A stretch of 32,307 nt of DNA from Eledone cirrhosa (taxonomy: Eukaryota). The notes under the pieces are model-generated. The model was given only the letters and a program-made list of their open reading frames with translations, was not told the DNA's origin and searched no databases. Shown one piece after another: positions 16,510-27,133 of the stretch. Position 1 is the first letter of the stretch. Every line of letters starts with the position of its first letter. The position numbers were made by a program, and so were the translations under genes. Where the stretch lies: the NCBI GenBank assembly GCA_964016885.1, contig CAXHJY010000253.1:1-32307 (forward strand), given 5' to 3'.

Positions 16510-16514
<5 letters not shown>
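16072..16514. mobile_element. Inverted-pair insertion of PLE family B terminal repeat
   Basis: 16072-16310 is the minus-strand tail plus hammerhead 3' half; 16324-16514 is a plus-strand complete hammerhead plus partial tail; about 16205-16310 and 16397-16514 are reverse complements; flanked by TA arrays. Confidence 0.8.
16324..16455 (+). ncRNA. Type I hammerhead ribozyme, family B
   Basis: TTATTT-CTGAAGA-stem II (ATATATATGTGT...ACACATATATAT)-GAAA-C-GATC-GTA|AAATGA. Confidence 0.7.
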
Positions 16515-16582
<68 letters not shown>

Positions 16583-16629
16583 TATGCATGCATATATGTA
16601 TGCATATAAGTATGTATATGTGCGTATGT

Positions 16630-16968
16630 GTTGGACCTCCGTTGGTTCTAACGATGCATGTTATAGCTGACCGAACAACTGAACAGCCAGCTTGTGAAAT
16701 TAATATGCAAATGTGTAAGCATTCCAGTGATACATCCGTCCATAACGTAGTTTACGGGGAAATTCTGCATAACATAGTGTGTGATAAGGCAAGGCCTTTA
16801 AAATACATGTACAGCTCATTTGGTGGGGCCTTTTTCAGCTGAGTGAACTGAAGCTACGTAAAGTAAAGGGTTTTGCTTCAAGACTCAATGGATCGCCCAG
16901 GGAGGGAGTTGATCTCACGACTTTCTCATCGTGAGCCGAAAACTCTAACCACTAAGCCTCGTGTCTTC
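16630..16968 (-). mobile_element. tRNA-derived SINE, family 2 (diverged)
   Basis: Minus-strand head GGCTTAGTGGTTAGAG...GTGAGATCAACTCCC; body shared with 27665-28040 and 29095-29255. Confidence 0.75.
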
Positions 16969-17216
16969 GCTCTCTCTCTCTATCTCACACACACACACAC
17001 ACACATACACCTCTCCAAATGTCTTTCTTTCTTCCAGTCGATCGCTAGAGATATGTTTTCAGTGCTTTAAGATCGATACAACTGTTTCTAGACCACAAAG
17101 GTCATTATCAAATGGACAAAGAGCAAGACGATAGTCCTAATGACTATTTACAAATATATACAGAGAGAGAAAGGGAAACGAGAAACATAGACATTGATAG
17201 GTCTCTCTCTCTCTCC

Positions 17217-17274
<58 letters not shown>

Positions 17275-17788
17275 GAGGGGGGTGTACACATTAATTAAAA
17301 ATCTTATATATGAATTTTCATAAAAATTCGTATATATATATATTTATATATATATACCTACACGCAGACCCATACACACACACACACTCACACACATAAA
17401 TATATGTACCCACACGCACACCCACACATATATACATATATATATATATATATATTCATATATATATACATATATATTCATATATATATACATATATATT
17501 CATATATATATATATACACATATATATATATGGAGGAAGTTATAGTTCACTTGAAGCATTGTGTAATGAGGTATAAACGTTTGTATTTGTAAAGCCAAAA
17601 CAATGCAGGTATGGATATAGAATATAAATGCAAATGCAAAAGATATCGTTGACAATTAGTCTTTTACCTTAAATTTATTTAAATATCCTTAATTTTCGAG
17701 ATATCTCTTCTTCGGAGGGAAGTAGGTTGTTAAACCAGCGTTCTAAATAGCTTGCCAAGTCATGCTGACATTCCTGTCATCCCTTATT

Positions 17789-17833
<45 letters not shown>

Positions 17834-17838
17834 AGGGA

Positions 17839-17914
17839 TTACGGGGTCGATAAAATAAAGTACCAGTAATGCACTGGGTAATTGCTGGCCTTGTGCCTAA
17901 AGTAGAAACAATTA
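17839..17914 (+). mobile_element. 3' half of SINE family 1
   Basis: TTACGGGGTCGATAAAATAAAGTACCAGTAATGCACTGGG...AGTAGAAACAATTA is the reverse complement of about 6509-6584. Confidence 0.85.
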
Positions 17915-17976
17915 TATATATATATATATGCGCATATATATATACGCATATATAATCGTATATATATATATAATCG

Positions 17977-18014
<38 letters not shown>

Positions 18015-18439
18015 TATTTGTGCATGTATGTGTGTACAGAAAGCGTCGGATTAACTTGCTAGCAAGAATATAATATGCTTCAGACCTCACATTTTCAAAG
18101 TCGTTGAGCTAAATTCATGCAACCTAGCAATTCAGCACATCTTTTTATCTTTATCGCTCCTCATCTACTTTCAACTGTTCTAAATTATCTGATGTTTAAG
18201 GTTGATCCAATATACAGAATACTATTGAAATCCAATACAATTTTCAACTAAACAAATTACAATAATCAAATTGAATGGCAAAGATAAATAAACGGACTTA
18301 CTTCATTTTTGTCGAATGTTAATTAATAGTCCTGTCTTTTCATTTTACTATTTCGATGCATTAAACACGTCATACAATAATTAAGCTTAATTATTATTTT
18401 TCTCATAAATAAGACCGGGTGAACGAACCATAATATTAA

Positions 18440-18560
18440 TAATAGACACCGTAATGCTAAGCATCTCCATTAAATAATACATTATAGACACTGCAATGCT
18501 AATAATCTCCAATATATCGCTAATATATCATAGACATTCTAATGTTAACCATTGCCATTA
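18440..18560. repeat. Degenerate tandem repeat, 3 units of about 42-47 bp
   Basis: ATAGACAC..AATGCTAA..ATCTCCA-like unit occurs three times. Confidence 0.55.
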
Positions 18561-18821
18561 AATCAAATTGGGAATTTTAAGCAGATAAGAAATATATTAT
18601 TATGTGCAGTTTCTAGTTTAACCTCACGCCGATTAAACAAAATTATAGCGTAGATAACAAGTTTAAATTAATATAGTCACATTTTCGACGTTAGGCCAGG
18701 AAAAGAAATTTCCATTATATTAGGTGTACCAGAAGCGAATATTTAGCAACGAGAATTTTCGTTACTTTAGTAACAATGATATATATCAACGTATTTGCAT
18801 AATTGTTTATCTGTGGAGAAT

Positions 18822-19200
18822 GGGCAGCGAATTGACAGAGTCTTAAGAATGTCGGATAGCATGCTTTGCGGTATACGTTGTGGCTCTTTGCGCCTCCAGT
18901 TCAAATCTCGCCCAGGTCAACTTTGCCTTTAATCCTTTCGAGTTCGATTAAAAAAAAAAATACCAGTCATTTCTCTATATCTCTTTCTCACTTACTTTCT
19001 CTGACTCTCTTTCTCACTTCCTTTCTCTCACTCTTTGCCTCTCTTTCTCACTTCTTCTTTATCCCCCTCTCGTTAGCTGGAAGAAATTTGCTGTGTTCAG
19101 AACTGTAGAGGGGATGGACTCCCTGGAGTTTTAAAAATACCCCAGAAACGCGCAAGTCACTACGGCGTCCTTACAACTCCACCAGGATTTACGTGTCCAT
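18822..19200 (+). mobile_element. SINE family 1-related long variant (tRNA head, central domain, CT-rich spacer, distinct tail)
   Basis: B box AGTTCAAATCTC, GGTCAACTTTGCCTTTAATCCTTTCG, then a CT tract and TGTTCAGAACTGTAGAGGGGATGG; the same order recurs at 20500-20720. Confidence 0.65.
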
Positions 19201-19337
19201 ACATATATACTTATCTGTGAAATGAAGAATTACAAATATTGTTTCATTGGATTCTACTTGAAGTCTATTTCCTGTTGGTCAAATGACCTTCACTCAGGCT
19301 ACCTATTGCTGTTTGGCTGTCTTTGAGGTGTTGAAGA

Positions 19338-19588
19338 TGGATTGATCACATCCTCAAAAAACATGTATTATGCCAGATGTCAAGCTCTTGCCTGGAATCC
19401 ATCGGGGTAAAGAAAAAGAGGAAGACCTAGGAATATTTGAGACTATGATCTTGGAGGTACATGCAAAAAGATAGGGACATTCCTAGAGACAGTTGGAGCG
19501 ACTAGACTAGGGCCTTGATGATTGTTGGAGAAAACCTGTTGGTGGCCTATCCTCCAGAGGAGGACACAAGACAAAACTGAACTGAACT
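19338..19588 (+). mobile_element. Degenerate 3' end of an RTE-clade LINE
   Basis: Broken frame QALAWNPSG*RKRGRPRN...WRKPVGGLSSRGG followed by an (AACTG)n tail. Confidence 0.75.
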
Positions 19589-20109
19589 ACCTATTGCCAC
19601 CTCTGTGTGGAAGAGCATAGTATTGAACAGTTCATTCTGTTTTACTGGTAAATGCTTTGGGTATAAAAGGATGCCGTGATTAACGTTATGAAAATGCGAG
19701 CAACATGAATGGTAAGTACGATGGCTTACAACAACGAATTAACGTCCTGTATCACGTGAATAAGTTAGTCGGTTGTGTTTTTAGGTTTAGTTTAAAACGA
19801 AATTAGAATTCAAATTCGATCGCAGGGTCGTTGGGCTTGAGACATTGTCGTAAACTATGTTCGCGTCAATATAAAATAAAAGAATTGATTGACGAGAAGG
19901 GGCTGTAGGTGTCTGGTATATTAGAACTATTTGTGACTATCAGATATTTATTAATAAAGGTCATTTCACCTCAGTTTGTTCAAATATATCAAACATTTCC
20001 AGATCTTTTAGAGGTGATAGCTTTCCTTGGACTTCAGCCAAAGAAGACGGTCTACAACACCTGGAGAAAATCGTCCATCACTATAAACTGAAAAGCTCTT
20101 ACTAAGCAT

Positions 20110-20380
20110 TCTTGTGACGCTAAATTCCGCCAGTTGCAGACTGCACATCAACATGAGATGTCTCTCTCCACAAAGTTCGATCACCAGCAGCAGAGTTCAA
20201 AGAGCAAAGATCAAGTCCAGTCCATAAGTTGACATTATCAAGCCATCGTTTTGGCTGCCAGCCTCTGCTTCTCTCACCAGCCAACCTTCCTTCCAGGCAT
20301 AACCTACTCACACCACGAGTTGATCGTTTTAGTTTGAGAACTCTTGACATGACAATTGATGTAATTGGTCTAAGTTTGGT
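20110..20380 (-). mobile_element. 3' fragment of an RTE-clade LINE
   Basis: Translation SRLCLEGRLAGERSRGWQPKRWLDNV..WTG...AAGDRTLWR matches the RTE C-terminal pattern (G.i.G.R.RGR...RW.D.v...a.dR..WR). Confidence 0.8.
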
Positions 20381-20499
20381 AATGTTGGACAACTCAGATA
20401 CAGATACGGTCGCTGAGCCACTTCCCAAGCAATACAACTCCTACAAGACGATCATCCAAACTACGAACGAAGCCTCCATGCATTACACAACCAGCAAGA

Positions 20500-20720
20500 T
20501 CTACCACCGAGGTCAATTTTACCTTTCATCCTTTAGCAGTCGATAAAAAAGTACGAATCTAATATTGAGGTCGATTCTTCCTCTACATCTCTTTCTTACT
20601 CTCTCCTTTTCTTGAAGAAGTCGACCGTGTTCAGACCTTGAGAGGGATGGGTTCTGCCGGGTGTAAAAAGCCCAACACACACCGACAGGCCTAAGATTCC
20701 ATCAGGAGTTTCGGGTGCAT
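20500..20720 (+). mobile_element. Diverged SINE family 1-related long variant
   Basis: CCACCGAGGTCAATTTTACCTTTCATCCTTTAGCAGTCGATAAA, CT tract, TGTTCAGACCTTGAGAGGGATGG. Confidence 0.6.
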
Positions 20721-21169
20721 TAGAAAGTATCTAAATCTCAAATCAATTGATGAAAGTGAATGGTGATAAACAGAACCAGTAGTATCATATATATATTTTT
20801 TAGGAGATTGTTTCTTCTTATAGTTTTAGAGAAAGTGGCTAGTTGCACAAAATAAAGAAACTGTATATTTCTTTTTTATTGGATTTTATATAATCATGCT
20901 AAAAGGATTATTTTCTGTATATGCACGCATATTATCGGCCTTGTGTTTGTGTTTGTTTGGTTTTTTTTCAATAAATGTGTATTTCTTTCGATAATTAAAA
21001 TAACTTAAATGCATAAAAACTGTTTTAACTTCCTCTGATAAAGAAGTTTCTGACACCGAAGTTTATATTAGTTTCGATAGTATATATTAGTATATATTAG
21101 TTTCGTTAATCGAAAGATTGATATATATATATATATATAAACTCACTCACTCACTCATACACACACACG

Positions 21170-21202
<33 letters not shown>

Positions 21203-21362
21203 CTCTATATATATATATCCAGGGAGTGTAACGTGAAGTTACTGAAGTTTCACCCAGGTGAGCATTCGATGTTTAGGTTCACGTCAGTGGCGAGATGATT
21301 TCTGTCATTGCAACCGCAGAGATCCGATATACATATATATCAAAACCCACTTACATATATAT

Positions 21363-21550
21363 AACAAAGAAAGTGTAGTAAGATACCAGTGGACCATAAC
21401 GCACCAGAGTACTCGATACTTAGGGTAGTAGAGTGGGTAATAGGAAAAGAGTCAGGACCCCGATGGCTGAGCTCCGGCCGTTTCGACAGCTAGTTCGGAT
21501 CTAGCGGTCGAAACGGGCGGAGTTCAGACGCCGAGGTCCTGACTTTTTCC
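21363..21550. mobile_element. Fold-back PLE terminal-repeat insertion, family A subfamily
   Basis: Tail GTGGACCATAACGCACCAGAGTACTCGATACTTAGGGTAGTAGAGTGGGTAATAGGAA matches 7129-7187; inverted hammerhead 3' halves around about 21497; flanked by TA. Confidence 0.82.
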
Positions 21551-21555
21551 ATATA

Positions 21556-21610
<55 letters not shown>

Positions 21611-21632
21611 TATATATATATGTATGTAAATC

Positions 21633-21740
21633 AAGATGGATTCAGTAAGAAATTGGATAGATCATTACTCACCAAACTACTCGATACTAGGGCTAGTAGA
21701 GTATGCTTATATGAATAAGTCAGCCGTGGGGGTCCTGCTA
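21633..21740. mobile_element. Diverged family A-related tail fragment
   Basis: CATTACTCACCAAACTACTCGATACTAGGGCTAGTAGAGT resembles the family A tail; followed by CAGCCGTGGGGGTCCT, an inverted cleavage-site remnant. Confidence 0.6.
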
Positions 21741-21793
21741 TATGTGGAAGCTACAACTTCGATTCATACCTTATATATACATACATACATACA

Positions 21794-21864
<71 letters not shown>

Positions 21865-21975
21865 GTACTCTGATGTGTTGATTAGAGGTAAATAATGTAT
21901 TGGAGATCGAGTGACGCAACTTCAAGCGATTAGCGACCTCTAGACTCACCTGATCAATGAAACAATTGTCAGTAC
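21865..21975 (+). ncRNA. Type I hammerhead ribozyme, family D (A9U deviation)
   Basis: GTACT-CTGATGT-GTTGATTAG...CTGATCAAT-GAAA-C-AATT-GTC|AGTAC; 5-bp stem I, 9-bp stem II base, palindromic ACAATTGT; the island is flanked by (TA)n. Confidence 0.72.
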
Positions 21976-22041
21976 TTGAAAGAAAGCCCCTTATTGTACA
22001 GACAACCATGTTACTCTTCATTCTTTTACTATATATATACA

Positions 22042-22091
<50 letters not shown>

Positions 22092-22095
<4 letters not shown>

Positions 22096-22310
22096 ATAAT
22101 AATAAAATTGAAGACTAAAATCCAAAGAGGGCTCGATAAGGAAAATATATATCAAATATATAAGAACCCTAGAGCAAATATTTATTAAAATAACAGATTA
22201 AAGTTTAAGCAAAGAATCGCTGCTTTCACCCTTAACGGGATCTTCTGAAACTAACAAAGTCAATCTGTAAACGCAGAACTGGATATTTCAAAAAACGTTG
22301 CAACCGGAAG
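22092..22310 (-). mobile_element. Dispersed repeat family C with hammerhead-like fold at 22202-22252
   Basis: Reverse complement of 15901-16053 and 25712-25830; flanked by TA. Confidence 0.75.
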
Positions 22311-22548
22311 ACGATATATATGTATAAGTATATATAAATGTATATGTATATATATATGTATATATATATGTATATATATATGAATCTTACTTTTTAAATT
22401 AAGAGTTGGTTATATAAGACCCAAGAGACATACATTGTGAACAGCGTCGCTTACAAGGCTCGAATTCAGGCAACACTGATACCGAAGTAAAAATTATGGA
22501 GCTTAGCTCAACGCTTCTAGAAATACGATATTATATATGTGTGCGTGT

Positions 22549-22594
<46 letters not shown>

Positions 22595-22663
22595 TGTATG
22601 TATGTATGTATGTATGTATGTATGTATGTATGAATATATGTATGTATGTATGTATGCATGTAT

Positions 22664-23180
22664 GGTTTCTTGGTGAGGAGGGTGACTTTGGACATCCTGA
22701 AGGACTAAAAACAAAACCTGTCAAAGGGCAAAGAAGCTCTTAAGAGTCAATGGCCATCCAAAATCACCGGGAAAGATGACCCCTTAGCCTTTGTCAAGGC
22801 AGAATTCTAGGAGAAGGAAAACTCTGATATAACACCTGCAACCCTGATGGTATCCAATGATGTTGACTTGTTCTTCTTTTTGGTAAATATCATCTTGGTT
22901 AAGAGAGTGGGACTGGCTTTGTGCAGTGCCTTTGCTCACTATAAAAGCTTCGCGGCACAGGCATTGCTTTATATCTGGAGATCTCTCTGCACTTCTCATC
23001 ACATGGTACCATGGGCCCAGCACCATGTGTCAATAATTGTCACAAGTGTAGTGTTTGTACCAGAGTTTTCAAGTCGCTGGCTGGACTAAAAAGTCACACC
23101 TGTTCAGCGCATCGGTAGGGGTTCTCCTACATGGATATAAAGTAGTGGCCGTACTCGAAAACGAGTTGGTAGCCACCATG
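22664..23180 (+). mobile_element. Probable internally deleted (bipartite) non-autonomous RTE element in (TATG)n
   Basis: RTE 5'-UTR-like motif CTAGGAGAAGGAAAACTCTGA; 23041-23118 reads HKCSVCTRVFKSLAGLKSHTCSAHR* (C-terminal C2H2-like finger); short 3' UTR then (TATG)n; (TATG)n is also upstream. Confidence 0.6.
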
Positions 23181-23549
23181 TATATATGTATGTATGTATG
23201 TATTTATGTATGTATGTATTTATGTATGTATGTATGTATGTATGTATGTATGTATGTATGTATGTATGTATGTATGTATTTATGTATGCATGTATGTATG
23301 TATTTATGCATGCATATATGTAAGTATGAATATCAAAGAGAAATTGATAAACAGATCGATACGGGATTGGAAACAGTGATACAGCGAAAGAAAGTTTATC
23401 TGTAACTACATGAATGTAAGCACGTGTATGTAGGCATGTATACTTGAGCATGTAGGCATGTATACTTGAGCGTGTAGGTATGTGTACTTGAGCGTGTAGG
23501 TATCTATGTGTATACATAAATTTGGGCGTATGTATAGATATACTATCTG

Positions 23550-23613
<64 letters not shown>

Positions 23614-23652
23614 TATATATATCTATATCTAAATCTATCTTATCTATCTATC

Positions 23653-23684
<32 letters not shown>

Positions 23685-24097
23685 CATTCATGTATGTATA
23701 CTTGTGCATTTGCACAAGTATACATACACGCATTTATGCTCGTAGATATGTATATACGGATGTATGCTTACATGTATGAACGAATGTATGTATTCAATTT
23801 TATGTAGACATGTGCATAACTTCAACTATGCATGTATGTGTGTGAGAGCGCGCAATATGTGTACAATATATAGATATATTATGTGCATATATGTGCATAT
23901 ATGTGTATGTGTGTGTATGTGTGTGTATGTGTATGTGTGTGTGCCTGTCGGCTTGTTACAATAAGATAATTAAAATAAATATGCACATAAAAAAACATTA
24001 CGTTCGCAATATTTTAAATTGCGTATGTATCTGTGAATGAACGTCTATATATGTATCTGTGTGTATATATATATACATATATATATGTGTGTGTGGT

Positions 24098-24130
<33 letters not shown>

Positions 24131-24411
24131 GCGCGAGTAGGTGTGTGTCTTTGTATATATATATATTTGTGCATATGCGAACGTTTGTGCCTGTGTATGT
24201 GATTATATATATGGATATGTTCATATGAATATGTCAGTGTATATATATCTATCTCTATATATATATATACATATATATATATAGTGTATATATATCTCTC
24301 TCTATATATATATATATGCGTGTGTGTGTGCGTGTGCGTGTGTGTGGGCGAATCTACGTATGCATGAATGTATATATGTTCGTACGTATTTATGTATACA
24401 TTATATATGCC

Positions 24412-24496
<85 letters not shown>

Positions 24497-24900
24497 GTAT
24501 ATCGTTGTACATATGTATGTTTAATATGCAACATGCTTCAACATGCTTTCGTGTATGTGCGTGCATGTGTGATTATTCGTGTATGTAAGTGTACGTATAT
24601 GTATGTGAGTATGTGTGTGTTTTATCACGAATTAACAAAAATAATGTTTTTAAGCAAATCGTAATATCAATAATATGTGCATCTACTGTGTATGTGTGTG
24701 TATGTTTTGTGTATGTATATGTATTGTGTAAATGTGTGCACATATTGTGTGTATTTATATATATGATTATGCGTACGTATATATATTGGGTAAGTGTATG
24801 TACATGGTAATATATTATGCAAATGTGTGCATACGTATTGTGTAAGTGTATGTCGTTTATATTGTGTGAGTGTATGTCATATATTGTATGTATGTGTAAG
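23178..24900. repeat. Compound and degenerate (TATG)n, (TA)n and (TG)n microsatellites
   Basis: Direct inspection; includes a short 24-bp tandem (TACTTGAGCGTGTAGGTATG-like) at about 23440-23500. Confidence 0.85.
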
Positions 24901-25052
24901 GTTTACAGTTTAATTTCAGTAATTTTTCCATGGTTTTCTCATATTTTTCATATTTATTCCAAAGTTTGTGTTTTTTCATTGAACTTTCCACAATTTTATT
25001 GTTATATATATTTTCCATTGTTTCCCTTTCTTTCACTCTAAAACTCAGCGAT

Positions 25053-25091
<39 letters not shown>

Positions 25092-25092
<1 letters not shown>

Positions 25093-25125
25093 TAGCGTAG
25101 TACCTGTCAAAAATGACGGAGTGTG
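25092..25125 (-). mobile_element. Helitron-type 3' terminus
   Basis: Minus strand: hairpin CCGTCA-TTTT-TGACAG, about 8 nt, then CTAG followed by T; 5' extent not defined. Confidence 0.55.
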
Positions 25126-25246
25126 TAGTAATATAAGCAATAAGCGTAATTTAATAATTCTTTGACGACAACGTTTACCCAAGACCCCAAATTTTCCTTG
25201 ACCTTCGTAAACTTCAGTCTACTTTCTTCTTCGTCACCTTCTTCTT

Positions 25247-25260
25247 CTACCACTACTACG

Positions 25261-25320
<60 letters not shown>
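25247..25320. repeat. (ACT)n then (GCT)n trinucleotide microsatellite
   Basis: Direct inspection. Confidence 0.9.
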
Positions 25321-25352
25321 TTTCCTTCTCCTCCTCGGGAGCATCATCATCA

Positions 25353-25823
25353 TCTATATATTTAAAACAGAGAATGTTTGTCTGTCTATCTGTCTGACTG
25401 ACTCCCTAAAACTCGAGAACCACCCAACCGATTATTTTCAAACTTTACACATGTAATACTTATGGTCCTGTGACTGTTTTGAGCAAAAAATATTTCAAAT
25501 TTTCAATGCCCTAGGGACCGCATTAGGCGCCGTTTAGCGATCTCTCTGTCTTTCCTTAGCCTGCCTTTTTAGATAGATACATAGCTATAACGTCGCGCCC
25601 TTATAATATCTGTCTGTATGACTGACTGTCTCCATTACGACATTATGACACTATCTGTGTGTGTATATATATGTATATATAATGTGTGTGTATATATATA
25701 TATATATAGTGTGTAACGTTTTTCGAAATATTTACTTCTGCGTTCACAGATTGATATTTTTAGTTTCAGAAGATCCCGTTAAGGGTGAAAGCATCGATTA
25801 TTTGCTTAAACTTTAATCTGTTA

Positions 25824-25861
<38 letters not shown>

Positions 25862-26152
25862 TATATTCGTGTACAGATATTTTTGCATACACAATAACAA
25901 AATATAAACAAACGTATTTATTTCACGAGGTTCGACACCAGCAAAAACAACCACAAAAAGAGAGGGAACGCAATTACATGCTTTTGAAAAATCTTAATGG
26001 AAAACTATTTGCCTATTCACCCAAGGCGACTTTACTTTTTATTAGGACTTCTGCATCAATTGGTGAACATACAACGAAACTGTTTCAGAAAGGAAGGATA
26101 AACATGCCAATCTATGTTTAGAATCCCGAGCAGCGCCGGGCCATTCTGCTAA
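25353..26152 (+). mobile_element. Non-autonomous Helitron with nested microsatellite and family C fragment
   Basis: A|TC start (TCTATATATTTAAAAC...GTCTGTCT); subterminal hairpin CCCG-AGCAGCGC-CGGG (26125-40); CTAA|T end (CTRR); no target-site duplication. Confidence 0.72.
25762..25812 (+). ncRNA. Hammerhead-like RNA, family C (CAGAAGA core, U4A)
   Basis: AGTTT-CAGAAGA-TCCC GTTAA GGGT-GAAA-GCA...TGC-TT|AAACT; same fold at 22202-22252 (-). Confidence 0.55.
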
Positions 26153-26178
26153 TCATTATTAAAATAAAAAAAATGAAT

Positions 26179-26369
26179 GGCGCTGGATTGACAGTACCTG
26201 TAGAGGGTCGGACGCCATGCTTTGACGCACAGAGATACGGCCCTTTCCATTCTGAGTTCAAATCCCGCCGAGGTTAACTTTTCCTTTTATCCTTACGAGG
26301 TCGATAAAATAAAGTACCAGTAATGCATTGGGTAATTGCTGGCTTTGTGCCAAAAAGTAGAAACAATTA
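26179..26369 (+). mobile_element. tRNA-derived SINE, family 1
   Basis: B box GAGTTCAAATCCC; body and tail match 6507-6692. Confidence 0.88.
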
Positions 26370-26390
26370 CTAAAATAAAGAAATCATTCA

Positions 26391-26934
26391 ACCACACAAC
26401 CACACAACCACACAAACCAACAAACACACAACACACACAACACACACAACCCTCACAACACACACAACCCTCACAACACCCCTCCACACAAACCCTAACC
26501 CCACAACCACACAACCACACAACACACACAACCCTCACAACACCCCTCCACACAAACCCTAACCCCACAACGCCCACAACCCTCACAACACCCCTCCACA
26601 CAAACCCTAACCACACAACCACACAACCACACAACACACACAACCCTCACAACACCTCTCCTCCACACAAACCCTAACCCCACATCGCCCACAACCCTCA
26701 CAACACCCCTCCACACAAACCCTAACCCCACAACGCCCACAACCCTCACAACACCCCTCCACACAAACCCTAACCCCACAACGCCCACAACCCTCACAAC
26801 ACCCCTCCACACAAACCCTAACCCCACAACCACACAACCACACAACACACACAACCCTCACAACACCTCTCCTCCACACAAACCCTAACCCCACATCGCC
26901 CACAACCCTCACAACACCTCTCCTCCACACACAC
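26391..26934. repeat. C/A-rich minisatellite, about 48-bp core unit containing AACCCTAACC
   Basis: CACAACCCTCACAACACCCCTCCACACAAACCCTAACCCCACAACGCC is repeated with variants. Confidence 0.92.
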
Positions 26935-27133
26935 TCGAGATAAATATCCTCTACGCCGATCATGACTTTGATAAGGTCTTTCCATGGAGATAGTGAGAAA
27001 CGTATGTGAGAAATGCCAAACCTGAAGAAGCCGCAGGGGCTGAAGAGAAGCCTAAAGTATCTTATTGCACTGGAAAACCTCTTCAAATACTCGATATCGA
27101 TATACGAAATCACCGGAATCTGGAAACCGTTGT

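Noticed and set aside
21235-21295. Hammerhead-like string on the minus strand (CTGACGT...GAAACTTCAGTA)
   Set aside because: No stem I pairing and the core deviates; at best a decayed remnant.
26391-26934. CRISPR array or mucin-like protein
   Set aside because: No unique spacers and no cas genes in a eukaryotic context; it is a tandem minisatellite.
27020-27070. CTGAAGA-AGCC...GGCT-GAAG hammerhead-like string
   Set aside because: GAAA is GAAG, and no convincing stem I or III can be formed.
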